In this document: one piece after another, positions 9,281 through 21,400 of the stretch
How positions within the stretch are numbered: position 1 is the stretch's first letter
Layout of the letters: every line of letters starts with the position of its first letter
The notes under the pieces: model-generated
Databases searched by the model: none
Told to the model about the DNA's origin: nothing
Seen by the model: the letters and a program-made list of their open reading frames with translations, nothing else
Made by a program: the position numbers and the translations under genes
DNA from: Elusimicrobia bacterium GWA2_61_42
Lineage (GTDB): Bacteria > Elusimicrobiota > Elusimicrobia > Elusimicrobiales > UBA9959
Direction: 5' to 3'
Assembly (NCBI GenBank): GCA_001799615.1
Contig: MGTU01000021.1
Location: 27,268-91,267 of the forward strand
Length of the DNA stretch: 64,000 bases

Positions 9281-9499
9281 ATGAAAGAGCGGTTCTACGC
9301 CCTCTGTTGCATATTTTTAAGTCCCGTTGCGGCTTGCGCCGTAGCGGCTTTTTTATTGGCTGACAGTTTAAAAATAGTTTTCCCGCTTTGTAACCTTTCC
9401 GTAACATTATTTATATATTATAATAAGATGGCACTGAACGTCCCGGCAATGGAAGGAGCACTCCTGTCTGGTCGTTCGTCGTCGTTTGTAAAAAACTGA
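9281..9499 (+). CDS. Putative leader ORF (72 aa; internal ATG 9428 gives 23 aa) abutting the giant gene
   Basis: Starts 3 nt after the aptamer, spans the terminator and ends TGA directly before the giant-gene ATG, in the same frame. Coding status is uncertain. Confidence 0.35.
   Translation: MKERFYALCCIFLSPVAACAVAAFLLADSLKIVFPLCNLSVTLFIYYNKMALNVPAMEGALLSGRSSSFVKN
9324..9354 (+). terminator. Intrinsic terminator, likely expression platform of riboswitch 1
   Basis: 10-bp stem CCGTTGCGGC-ttgc-GCCGTAGCGG (2 G-U pairs) followed by C and T6. Confidence 0.8.
9389..9421 (+). promoter_or_regulatory. Direct-repeat box TGTAAC-N5-CGTAAC plus -10 element (candidate internal promoter of the giant gene)
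   Basis: GTAAC at 9390 and 9401 (11-bp period). TATTAT 9416-9421 lies 10 nt after the second box; TATAAT also occurs at 9419-9424. Confidence 0.55.
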
Positions 9500-12400
9500 A
9501 TGGCGCTAAAAGGTAAGGATAAAGCGAAAAGTTTTGCGACCCGGCTGGCCCGGGCCGCGGCGCTTTGCTTTTTCTCCCTGACCGCGCTGCTGCTCCCCCA
9601 GGCCGAACTTTACGCCGCCGACTACGAATGGGGCGTGAAATACGCCATGTACGAGCTGCACGGCCGCAACTGGGGGTCCACGGCCGCCAGGACCACCATA
9701 GCTTTCCGCTTCACGGCCAAATACGACGGCACCGTGGACGAAATGAACATGATAGTGGGCCGCGCCCCCAACGCCAACCAGTCCATGCGCATCGGCCTGG
9801 CCTCCTCCCTGGGCGCCAACGCCGGGGCCCAGACCTTCCTGGCCTACGCGGACGTGAACCAGACCGGCGGCAATTCCGGCTACGCCTACTGGCAGGTGCA
9901 GGCCACCAGCGGCACCCCGGTAAACGCCGGCCAGGACTATTACCTGATCATGCGCCCTAACGCCATGACCAGCAACTCGGCCCTTCAGGCCGGCACGATG
10001 TTCGGCTATTCCAACGCCGACACGAAGGACGCGGCCGGCACCAACCTTATCTATCCTGACGGCGTTGCTGACAATAACCTGCAGGTCTATTACTCGAGGA
10101 GCAGCGTGGAGCCCTTCTCCCAGGTGCCCAACGCCATGCCCACCTTCGTCATCCGTTACGCCAACGAGGGGGCGGGCAACAGGTACCAGGGGCAGCCCTA
10201 TGGCGCCTTCCCCGTCAGTTCCGACGAAGCCCTGTCGACGGCAGAAGGCGGTATAAACACCGCCGTGCCCAGCTCTCTGGCGAACGTGCTGACCACCGAG
10301 AGCAATATTTACGGCTGGCGGGGCGTGGGCTATTACTTCACCGCCGACGCCGCTACCAGGAACATCGTAAAGGCCAAGATCTTCCTGCAGAAAGTGGGCA
10401 CCCCGGTGGACAAACTGAATGTGAGGGTGATCCGCGCCGCGCCTCCTTACGCGGTGGTCCTGGACACCACCGTTTACGCCGGGGCGGCGGACATCACCAC
10501 TACCTGGGGCTGGCAGCCGGCGGCCGGCAAATCGTTCCCGGGCGGCGTCTTTACCCCGGGGCTTTCCTATTACGTCTATTTCTTCTCCAGCGGCAGCCTT
10601 AACGGCAACCACTACCGCGTTTCGCTGATGGACCCCAAGGACTACGGCGGCGCCACGGCCGCCGGCGCCAACCTGGTCACCGCCAACGGCACGGCCGACT
10701 ATTACGTGGCCAACGCGGACGTCAGGAATTTCGCCGGCTTCGCCCGTCCTTACGCCAATACCTACGGCGACATCCCCATAGCGCTTACCTGCGACAACGA
10801 CCCGCCCGAAGTGGTGGTCACGCAGCCGCTCAATAACTCGGCGCGCAAGCTCATGGCGCTGATAGAGGGCACGGCCTATGATAATTATTACATCAGGGCC
10901 GGCGGCGTGCAGGTCTCCATCAAGAACATCACCACCACCAAGGTCTGGGACGGCGCCGGCTGGGTGGACGGCGAAGTTAACTGGCGTCCGACCACCGCCT
11001 TCTCGCCCAGCGAAGGGGCCGTCATCAACTGGTCCTACCCGATGACCTGGGTGCACAACAATAAGTACGAGATCAATACCAAGGTTGTGGACAGCGTGGG
11101 CAACTACGAAGGCAGCTGGTCTACCACCACTTTCTTCTTCGACGAGTACAAGCCTCCGCCCAACGAAGTGCCCGATTCCACCATGACCTTCCCGTCCAAC
11201 GGCATCTTCGTCAGCGCGCTCGACACTATCAGTGGCGTCGCGACCGACAACTCGCCCAACGGCAGGATCAGCCTGGTGAAGTGGATGATGTGGAAACTCG
11301 GCTCCTACTGGGGCGACGACAAGCTGTGGCACGCGGGCCTGCCGCCGGCCAACGTGGATACCACGTGGCTTAACTCCGACGACGGCTCCGGCTCCTACAC
11401 GGTGACCTGGCATGAGTACTTCGGCAGCGGCCAGATCCCGGACCCCGGCCAGATGGACACCGGCACCACCTATTATATAGCCGCCAGGGCCGAGGACAGC
11501 GTGGTGGGCCCGACCGGCGCTTACGATAAGAACAAGGAAGTGGTGCGGTCCACGTTCACTTTCTACTGGGACGCGGTGCCGCCCACCTCGGCCATCACCT
11601 ACCCGCAGAACAGCGGCGTGGCCGGCACCTCCCCCGTTTTCTACGGCACTTATTTCGACCAGCACGCCGGGATGTCCCCGGCCAGGGGCGCCGCCGTCAA
11701 GGTAAAACTTTACGACAAGACCGCCCAGCTCTGGTATCACGCCACCGGCTGGGACCCGGACGAGCCCACCCTCCTGGAGATGCCCGAAGCCGCCGTCTGG
11801 GCTTCTTCCTGGACTTATTCCCCGCCGTCCGGGCTGACCGGGGCTCACGAGTACCTGCTGGTGTCGATAGCCAAGGACGCCACGCAGCCCGGCAATTACC
11901 AGAGCAGTTTCGTCCTGGGTACTTCTTCCAATAACTTCGTCTGCGATAACCTGAACCCCGTCACTTCCATAGGCGTCCCCAACACGTCTTTCCGCAACCA
12001 GCTGGTCTCCATATCGGGCGCGGCGCAGGATTACCCGCAGCCCGGGCAGCTGAGCCGGGTGGAGATAGAGATAGTTCACCCGGCCGACACCCCGGCTTTC
12101 GCCTGGTCCGGCACGGCCTGGCTGCCCATTGTCGAGGATAATTTCAGCACCTATACTTATGTTTCAGGCGGCTACCCGACCTGGTCGTATACCCCCGTGG
12201 GCATAGGCTGGACCGAAAGCATCAAGTACCGCGTAAGGGCCAGGGCGCGCGATAACATAGGCAATATAGACCCGCTGTTCACGCTGGGTGTCAACGAGCG
12301 CCAGTTCCGCTATGACGTCTCCTTCCCTACCACAGCGGTCAATGTGCTGGTAGAGGACGGCGTGGAGCTGGCCACCCAGACGGTAAACAAGCTGCACGAC

Positions 12401-15400
12401 CTTACCGAGATCAAAGGGTACTACCAGGATTATCCCCCGGCTTCGGACGGCAGCTGGGGCGGTATTAACGTGTTCATAGAGAAAATAGACGGCAAGCCGC
12501 TGGGCGATCCTTTCTGCTGGGACGGGGCCAACGGTTTCTGGCGTTCCGACGTCTGTCCCGTGAAGAACGCGGGCGTGACGGGCTGGTATTTTGACGCTTC
12601 GGACATTACGTGGGCTACGGGCACGGCGAGGACCGACCCGCTGGACCCGCTGACCAGCTACTCAGCCTGGTCCAACGGCGGCGTTTTCCGCATACGCACC
12701 GAAGGCCGCGACACGGCGGTACCGGGCAATACTTTGCAGATGGCCGGCAACCGGGAAAAGATCGGCGTTTACGCCGACCTGCCCTACATAGACCTGACTT
12801 ACGACCCAAAAAAGCCGACGTCGAAACTGACCAATGTCCCCGCTAACGGCTACGCCAATACGCTGCCGGTGTTGGAGGGTACGGCCAGCGACCGGGATAC
12901 CACGGTGAACTACGTCCCCCGCATAGCCGGGGTGAAACTGCATATTTTCGACCTGAGCAATACTAAAACCTTCAACAAGAACACGCTGGAGTGGGACGAA
13001 GACGACGGCGACCTGCTCTTTGACGACGACCACTGGGTGGACGCGGCCTTCGTGGGGTATTCCTCCGGCACCTGGAGCTACAACATAACCGACGCCAAAT
13101 GGGCGCACGGCAGCACCTACAGGGTCATCCCGAAAACTTTCGACGACTCCGGCAATTACGAAGTGGGCCTGGACACCAGGACTTTCACTTTCGACGTATA
13201 CCAGCCCATGCCCAGCGAGGCGCCCAGCAGCCTTATCGGGTTCCCCCCGGACGATTACCACGCCAATACCCGCGCTTCCCTGGCGCAGGTCACCGGCACG
13301 GCCAAGGACAACCCGCCCATAGGCAAGGTGCTGGGCCTTAAGATAATCATGAAGAGGATAGTGGAAGGAACCACTTCCTACTTCACCGGCGGCACCTGGG
13401 CAGCCGGGGATATCCCGGAAAACGCTTCCTCCTGGTACAACGCCACGGCGGTAACCCCGCCTTTCGACACTTCGGCCGAGCCGTACACCTACGCCCTGCC
13501 GCCCATAGTCGACGACGACATGTGGGAGCCCAACGTGGTCTATTACCTTTACACCGAGTGCCGCGACTGGGCCGGCAACTACGAGCATGTGCGCACGACG
13601 CAGACCTTCGTTTATGAAATAAAGCACCCCACGGCCACCGTAACCTACCCCGTGACCGACGGCTACGTTTCTTCCGGCGGCAAGGTGGAGGGCGTGGCCC
13701 TGGACACCTGGCCCGGCAAGGTCAACAATGTTTTTGTGCGCATAAAGCGCAACGTGGACAGCTGGTACTGGGACAGCGCGAACACTACCTGGACCGACGC
13801 GGGCGCCCCCGACGTTTGGAACGACGTAAGTCTTCACGGCACCCTCAGCCTCAACAACACCTGGTGGCAGCTGGGCCCGACTACCTGGGAGACGGGCCAG
13901 CTCTATACCGTGGACGCCAAAGCGGTGGACAAGGCCGGCAACTGGCAGATCGTCTACTCCACGGCCTTAAGGGTGGCGGCCGACTTCGCCGTGCCTTCCT
14001 CCAGCGTGACCTACCCGGCCAACGGGGACGACCTTACCACGGACCTGACGCTGATCTCCGGCTCGGCCTCCGACGCCCTCCCCGGCCGGGTGAACAGGAT
14101 CCTGTTGTCTTACTACAAGGTGACCGCGCCCGCCGGCTTCTGGGACCGGACCGCCGGCAACTGGTCTTCCGCCGTAGAACTTTTTTACGACGGCACCGTG
14201 CTGGTCGGGCAGGATAAATGGCAGGCCACCGGCGCTTCCACCCCTACCTGGGTGACCACCGACGCCGGCGTGGACTACCAGATCTTCGCCAAAGCCGTGG
14301 ACGCGGCCAATAACGAGGTGGTTAAACCGGGCTCGCCCGCCCTTAACAGCCCGCTGGTGCAGTTCAAGCTGCGCACGCCGCTGCCGCTGTCGTATATCCT
14401 GACCCCGGACGGCACGCTGCCGCACTGGAAGCCCAACCCCAGCAATTCCATCGTAGGTACGGCCATCTTCTCCAGCACGGTGCAGCTGCGCATCGTGGAT
14501 TACGGCGGCGACTTCCTCGTCGGCGGCGGCGACGACCTGGTTTACGACGGGGCGTCCTGGCTGCCGGCCGGCCCGCCCAACGATACCCTGTTCATAGGCG
14601 TGCAGAGCTTCGACGGTTCCACCTGGCAGCATACGCTGCCGTCCGCGCACTGGAACGGCAACCGCAAGTACAACGTTAAATCCAAGGCTTGGCTGAACCT
14701 CATCCCCGAAAACCCCGGCACCGGCACCGATTTTATTATAGACGCCACCCCTCCCGCCGCGGCCGTTTCCAACCCCGGCCAGGCCTATATGAAGGCGCTG
14801 ACCGTGCTTGAAGGCGCCGTTTCGGATACCCCGCCCGGCGCCCTCCAGTACACCTATTTCAGGGTAAAACGCCAACTGGAAGAGAAGTTCTGGAACTGGC
14901 AGACCTCCACCTTTACCGCCCTCTCGGGCGGGTATACGGACCTGGTCCCGCAGACCGTTATCGGCGGGCTGGCCTCCTATACGACCGACTATTTTGTCAG
15001 CGGCGCCGCCTGGGAAGCCAACCAGTCCTACGTGGTGCAGTTCTATTCCACCGACAAGGCCAATAACCTGGGCACGGCCGCGCCCATGCCCTTTACCCTG
15101 GATATTTCTTCGCCTTCCTCGGGGCTGGTAGTGCCGCTGGCCGCAAATAAAGGCGGCATAAAGTCCATGCCGTATATCTCGGGCACCGCCTACGACTTCT
15201 GGCGCAGCACCGCCGTGGAAGTGGCCGTCCGCCGGCTGAGCGGCACCCAGCGCTGGTATGACGGCGGCGGTTTTAACGTTTCCGGCGCCGTCCCTTACTG
15301 GCTGGACGTAAATAATACGGCCGGTTTCCTTTCCCCGGACGCCACTTCCTGGATGTACAGACCGGCCGACCTCGACGGCGACCTGGATACCGGCGGCCTG

Positions 15401-18400
15401 TACCTTATCCTGTCCAGGGCGCGCGACGTGGCCGTCAACAGCCAGGACCAGTTCACGTCCAATATTTCCTCCATGGTGGTAAAAGTGGACCAGTCGGCCC
15501 CGACCTCGCTGATAGTGTACCCGGCCGACGACACGGGCGGGGTCAGCGGGCGCTACAAGCCCGGCGTAGTCGGCCAGGACGATATCCGCGGCACCGCCGC
15601 CGACAATCCCGGCGTGAACTACGCCGGCGTCAGCGACGTGAAAGTGCGCCTTTCCTACCTGGAGGGCGTCACCACCTATTACTGGTTCGGCGGGGCTTTC
15701 GTCGCCGTAAGTTCGGAGACGGCCTGGCTTAATACCGCCCTGGACGGCTCCTCCGCGCCGCCCTGGATCTGGGAATACACCGGCATGGTGCTCTGGCCCG
15801 CGGCGGACAAGGAATACCTGCTGGAAACAAAAGGCAGGGACCTGGCCCGGGACGCGGACGACGGGGTGGGCGGCAACGGCAACGTAGAGGCCTGGCCTTA
15901 TTCCTCCCGCAGGTTCATCGTGGACGGCACGCCTCCTTCCGTGGTCATCACCACTCCTTCGGCCCTGGCGCTGAAGACCCTGACCCGCATCGACGGCACG
16001 GCCGACGCCGCCCTGGCCGGCAACAGGTGGACGGATATCCGCATTTCTACCAACGGCACGGACGGCCTGAAGTACTGGGATGACGCCGCTATTCCTCCCG
16101 GCTGGGTCTCCGCGGACCAGACCTGGAACCAGTCGACCACGCTGGGGCCCACTTCCTGGTATTACACCGTAAACCCCGACATGCTCAAGGACGACGTGGT
16201 GTACACGGTGTCCGCGCGGGCGCTGGACTACGCCGGCAATTATTCGGTGCTGTTCTCCACCTATATATTTACTTATGACATAACGCAGCCGGCGGTCTCC
16301 GTAGTGTTTCCGCTCAACGATACGGCCTATTCGCAGATAAAGATCTCCACGCCGCTGGCCGGCGCCTCGCTGCAGGCCGGCCAGTCTTCGGCCAATACCG
16401 GGGTCAGCACGGTGGCGGTGCAGGTAACCGATCTGGACGGCGGGCCCGCCTGCTTTAACGGCGCGGCCTGGGACGTCTGTCCCGCCTGGCTGCCGGCGGG
16501 GGGAAATGTCGGTTCCTGGAACTATGCCCGGGCCGCGCTGGGCTTTGCCAACGACCACCGTTACCGGGTGGAGGCGCGCGCCACCGACTTCGCCGGCAAC
16601 GATTCCTCCGTCGCCTCCCTGTTCTTCCGCTACGACATAGAGAGGCCGACCACTACCCTGACCTACCCGCTGCCCGGCCTTACCACGGGTTTCGCCTACG
16701 TTTCCGGCACCGCCAGCGACGAAAGGTTCGGGGTGCATCTCTACGAGGCCAAGCTTTCCAGCTATACGGTGAAAGTGGCCGTCAAGCGCCTGACCGACCC
16801 GGCCGGCTGGTGGGACCTCGCCAGCGGCGAATTCGACGGCGGCAACCCGAACTGGTACGAGGCGAATAACTCTACCACGGTGGCCCCCAACCGGTTCCTC
16901 TATAACCTGCCGGCGGCCATGATCACAAAGATGACGGACCCCGGCAACCAGGACCCCGCCGTCACCTACCGGATCGTGTCGTGGGGCTATGACCTGGCGC
17001 TTAACCGCGAGTTCGGCGCCCAGGGCTCCGAACCGCTGGACGCGGATATCCCGCCCGGGGTGGGGACGAACGTCACCTTCGACAGCGAAAAGCCGGTGAC
17101 CGCCATAACCATGCCGAACGTGGCGGCGCATAACCTGGTCCCTAATATTACCGGTACGGCCGACGACAATGTCCGCGTTTCCGAAGTGCGGTTTACGGCT
17201 TTCCTGCCGGGCCTGGGCAAGTATTATAACCCGGCCGCCAACCCCGTCTGGGTGGAGGGCACCGAAGACGCGGCGCCCTGGCTGGCCGCGCAATCTACGA
17301 TCTACCAGACTTCCGCGGCCTGGACCTATAATATCCAGACGTCTACCTGGGTAAGCGGCTATACCTACCGGGTAAGGGCCAGGGCCAGGGACGACTCCGG
17401 CAACTACGACACGGTCTACGCCACCGCCACTTTCCTTTACGATACCGCGGCCCCCGAATCCAGCATCAGCGAACCCGCCGCCGGAGCGCATATCAACACG
17501 CTGCCGCTCACGCTGGTGGGCGCCAGCTACGACACCCACGCCTCCGGCGTCAACCAGATAAAACTTTACGTGGAAAGGCTGATCGGCACGGTGACCTATT
17601 ACTGGGACACTTCTTCCTGGCAGACCACCGAAACGTATCTGCCCATAGCGCCGCCCTACGCCAACTGGACCAGGCTGATGGAAGACAGCATGCTGATAGA
17701 CGGCGAACTCTACAAGGTCTATACGGACGCCCGCGATAACGCTCTGAACCAGGAGGGCGTCGGCCTTAAGACTTCTTTCGTCTATGACGTCAGCCATCCG
17801 ACCGCCGCCATCTTCTACCCGTACAATAACGGCTTTATCAGCGCGACCGGTAAGGTCAGCGGCGGCACTTACGACAAACCCAACGGAACGGTGAACGACG
17901 TGCTTGTGCGCGTGAAGAAACTGACGGGCACGGTAGATGTCGGCAAATACTGGAGCGTCAACGGCTCCTCCTGGACCGTGGACAATACGGCCAACAGCGT
18001 GGTCTCCTACGGCACGCTCAGCCCCGGCGCCACCTGGTGGCAGCTGAACGCCGACCCGTATCCCTGGGCCACCAACGAAACCTACGAGATGAACGCCTGG
18101 GCGTACGACAAGGCCGGCAACTACCAGTTCATCTACGCTACCGCCACCAACGTGACCGCGGACTTCACCAACCCGGTCTCCACCATCACCTCGCCGCTGC
18201 ACGGCGTTACCATAGAGGCCGAGATAGACAGTGTGTCGGGTAACGCCTCCGACGCCAACCTTGAAAAAGTGCTGCTGTCCTACAGGAAGATGGACACCCT
18301 GCGCTACTGGAACCTGGCTACCCACGCCTGGGACTCCGTGCCGGAACTTTTCTACCCCGCCGCCCTTATCGGGAATAACTGGACGGCTACGGGGGCTTCC

Positions 18401-21400
18401 ACGCCTACCTGGATAGCCCCTTTGGCGGGTATGGACTACCAGATCTTCGCCAAGGCCGTGGACAAGGCGCTCAATGAAGTGCCCAAGCCCGGCCTGCCGG
18501 GGCCGCTGTCGTCTTTCATCCAGTTCACCCTTAAACCGCCGCCGCCGGTGTCGGCCATCACTACCCCGGACCTCTCGGTGCCGCATTACAAGCCGGTGCC
18601 GGCGCCCCAGGTGATCGGTACCGCGGTTTACGCCACCACGGTGGCGGTGCGCGTGGTGGATTACGGCCCCGACCTGGTCAGCGGCGGCGCCGACAACCTG
18701 GCCTGGAACGGCGCGGACTGGCTGCCCGCCTCCGTATTCACCGGTTTTGCCGGGGTTGATAATTACGTGGCGCCCAACTGGCAGTGGACCATTCCCTCCG
18801 CCAAATGGAACGTGAACCGCCGCTACCGGGTGATCTCCCAGGCCTCGCACGAGGTGAACCTGACGGTGGAAACCCCCGGCGTGGGCGTGGAATTCATAGT
18901 GGACTCCACGGCCCCTTCCGCCGGCGTGACCATGCCGGACAAAACTTATATGCGGTCCCTTACCGCGCTGGCCGGCACTTTATCGGACGTGGCGCCCGGC
19001 GACGCCGCTTCGGCTTATTTCCGCGTCAAACGCCAGGGCCTGGCCGAATACTGGAACTGGCAGGCTTCCACCTTTACGGCGCTGAACGGCCAGTACACGG
19101 ACCTGCCCGCCGCCCTTGCCTGGAACGAAACGCTCAAGACCGGGACGGCGCAGTATACGACCGGCTACTTCCTGGCCGGGCTGGCTTTTGAACAGGACCG
19201 TTCTTACTCGGTGGAACTTTACGTGAACGACAAGGCGGGCAATCCCGGTTCGGCGGCGGCGTTCCCTTTCTCCATAGACGTTTCCTCGCCCGTGGCCCGG
19301 GTGCTGAACCCGGTGGACGCGAATAAAAAAGGCCTCAGGGTCCTGGACGGCATAAGCGGCACGGCGTCGGATAACTGGCTGAACAGCGACGTGCAGATAG
19401 CCATGCAGCAGTGGGACAACTCCAATAACCTCTGGTACGGGTTCGACGGGCTCAGCTGGGACTTCAACCAGGCCTCTCCCTACTGGATCTCGATGAAGAC
19501 CAACGGCTCGCTTTCGAACGACGCCACCTCCTGGATGTACGCCCCTGGCGGCCTGGACGGGAAATTCACGCCCGGCATCAGCGGTTACAAGTACATGCTG
19601 CTTTCCAAAGCCGTCGACACGGCCGGCAACGCGCAGTCCCAGTACACGGTGGACGTTTCCTCCGTGCTGATAACCATGGACAAGGCGGACCCGTCTTCGG
19701 TCATTACCCTGCCTCTCGACGACATGACCGGCGCCGGCGGCAGGTATAAGGCGGTCAATATCGGCAAGACCGCCACGGCTTCCCGGTTCAACGGCACCGC
19801 GAAAGACGACGCGTACGACCAGAATAACTCCGGGGTGGCCGCGGTGCAGGTGCGGCTGTCCTACCTGCTGAGCAACGATACTTACTACTGGAACCAGTCC
19901 AACCTTAATTTCAGTTCCTGGACCGTGACCGCCGCTACCGCCTGGGCGGGCTGCCTGCTGGGCGGCTCCGCCCCGAACTGGACCTGGACTTTCCTCACCG
20001 ATATCAGCTGGCCGGCCGGCGACAGGGAGTATAAACTCGAGTCGCGGGCCATGGACGACGCCAGGGCCTCGGACGATACCGGCGAAGGCAACTGGGAAGA
20101 GCCGGTCTCCCGCGGGGTGAACGTGAAATACTTCATCGTGGACGACACCCCGCCCACCGTGGTTATCACCACGCCTGCCGCCTCGGCGGTAAGCGCGCTG
20201 CCCGGTTTCGGCGGCGACGCCGCGGCCCTCATCGCGGGGCTGAATACGGTGCAGGTGCAGGTCTCCACCGGCACCGGCATCAACACGCGCTACTGGAACG
20301 GCGCCGCCTGGCAGGCGACGGAGTGGCCGGCGCTGAACGACACCAAACTCGGGCCCACGTCCTGGTATTACACGCTCTCTCCCCTGGCGCTCAAGGACGA
20401 CGTGGCCTATACCTTCGTGGCCCGGGCGCTGGATTACGCCGGCAACGTTTCCGCGGAATATTCCACTTATACTGTAACGTATGACATAACGGGGCCGCTG
20501 GTCTCGTTGTCTTTCCCGGTCAACAACACCACCTATTCGCAGATACTGCTTTCCACCCCGCTGGCGGGTACCGCCACCAACAACCAGACCGCCGCCTTCA
20601 GCGGCCCCAGCACGGTCGCCGTGGCCATAACCGACCTGGTCAACAGCACCTGCTTCAACGGGGCCTCGTTCGCCGGCTGCTCCGACAGCCTCTGGCTGCC
20701 CGCCCAGAATACGGTGGCCGCCTGGACTTTTACGGACAAGGACCTGTCCTTCATAAGCGACCACAATTACAAGTACGAAGCCCGCTCTGCCGACGCCGCG
20801 GGCAACTATTCCGGCGTCACCTCGGTTACCACCAAGTTCGACCTGGACATTCCGACTTCCACGGTTACCGGCCCGATGACCGAGTACGTCAAAGCTCTGA
20901 CGGTCATTACCGGCACCGCGCAGGACGAGCGCAACGGCATCCGCACCTACGAGGCCAGCCTGGGCACCTATACGGTGAAAATGGCCATCCGTATCGTGGG
21001 CGGCAACTGGTGGAACGGTTCCACGGCTTTCGACAGCGCCAATCCTAAATGGTACGAAGTGGCGGTCAATACCGCCCCTTACGGCAGCGGCGACCCGGTG
21101 GTGGGCTGGCAGTACCTGGTCCCCGCCGACGTGCAGGGCGTTATGGCGGGCCTCAGCGGTTCGCCCCCTTACCTGCGCAGCTACCTGCTGGTCCCGTGGG
21201 CTTACGACCTGGCCCAGAACCGCGAATTCGGCCCCGGCGGCATGGACCCGGTCAATACCGACGTACCGGGCGGCGTGGGCCGCATCCTGAAGTTCGACAA
21301 TATCCTGCCGGTTTCCGTGACCACTGCCCCGGCCAATATTTCCTACAAGAGGTCGGTGCTCTCCCTTTACGGCGTGGCCACCGATACGGGCGTGGTCACC

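Noticed and set aside
9497-9499. TGA read-through or recoding joining the 72-aa ORF to the giant protein
   Set aside because: The giant ORF has its own signal peptide right after ATG 9500, TGA is an ordinary stop in several genes here (5240, 8972, motA, motB), and I saw no SECIS-like hairpin.
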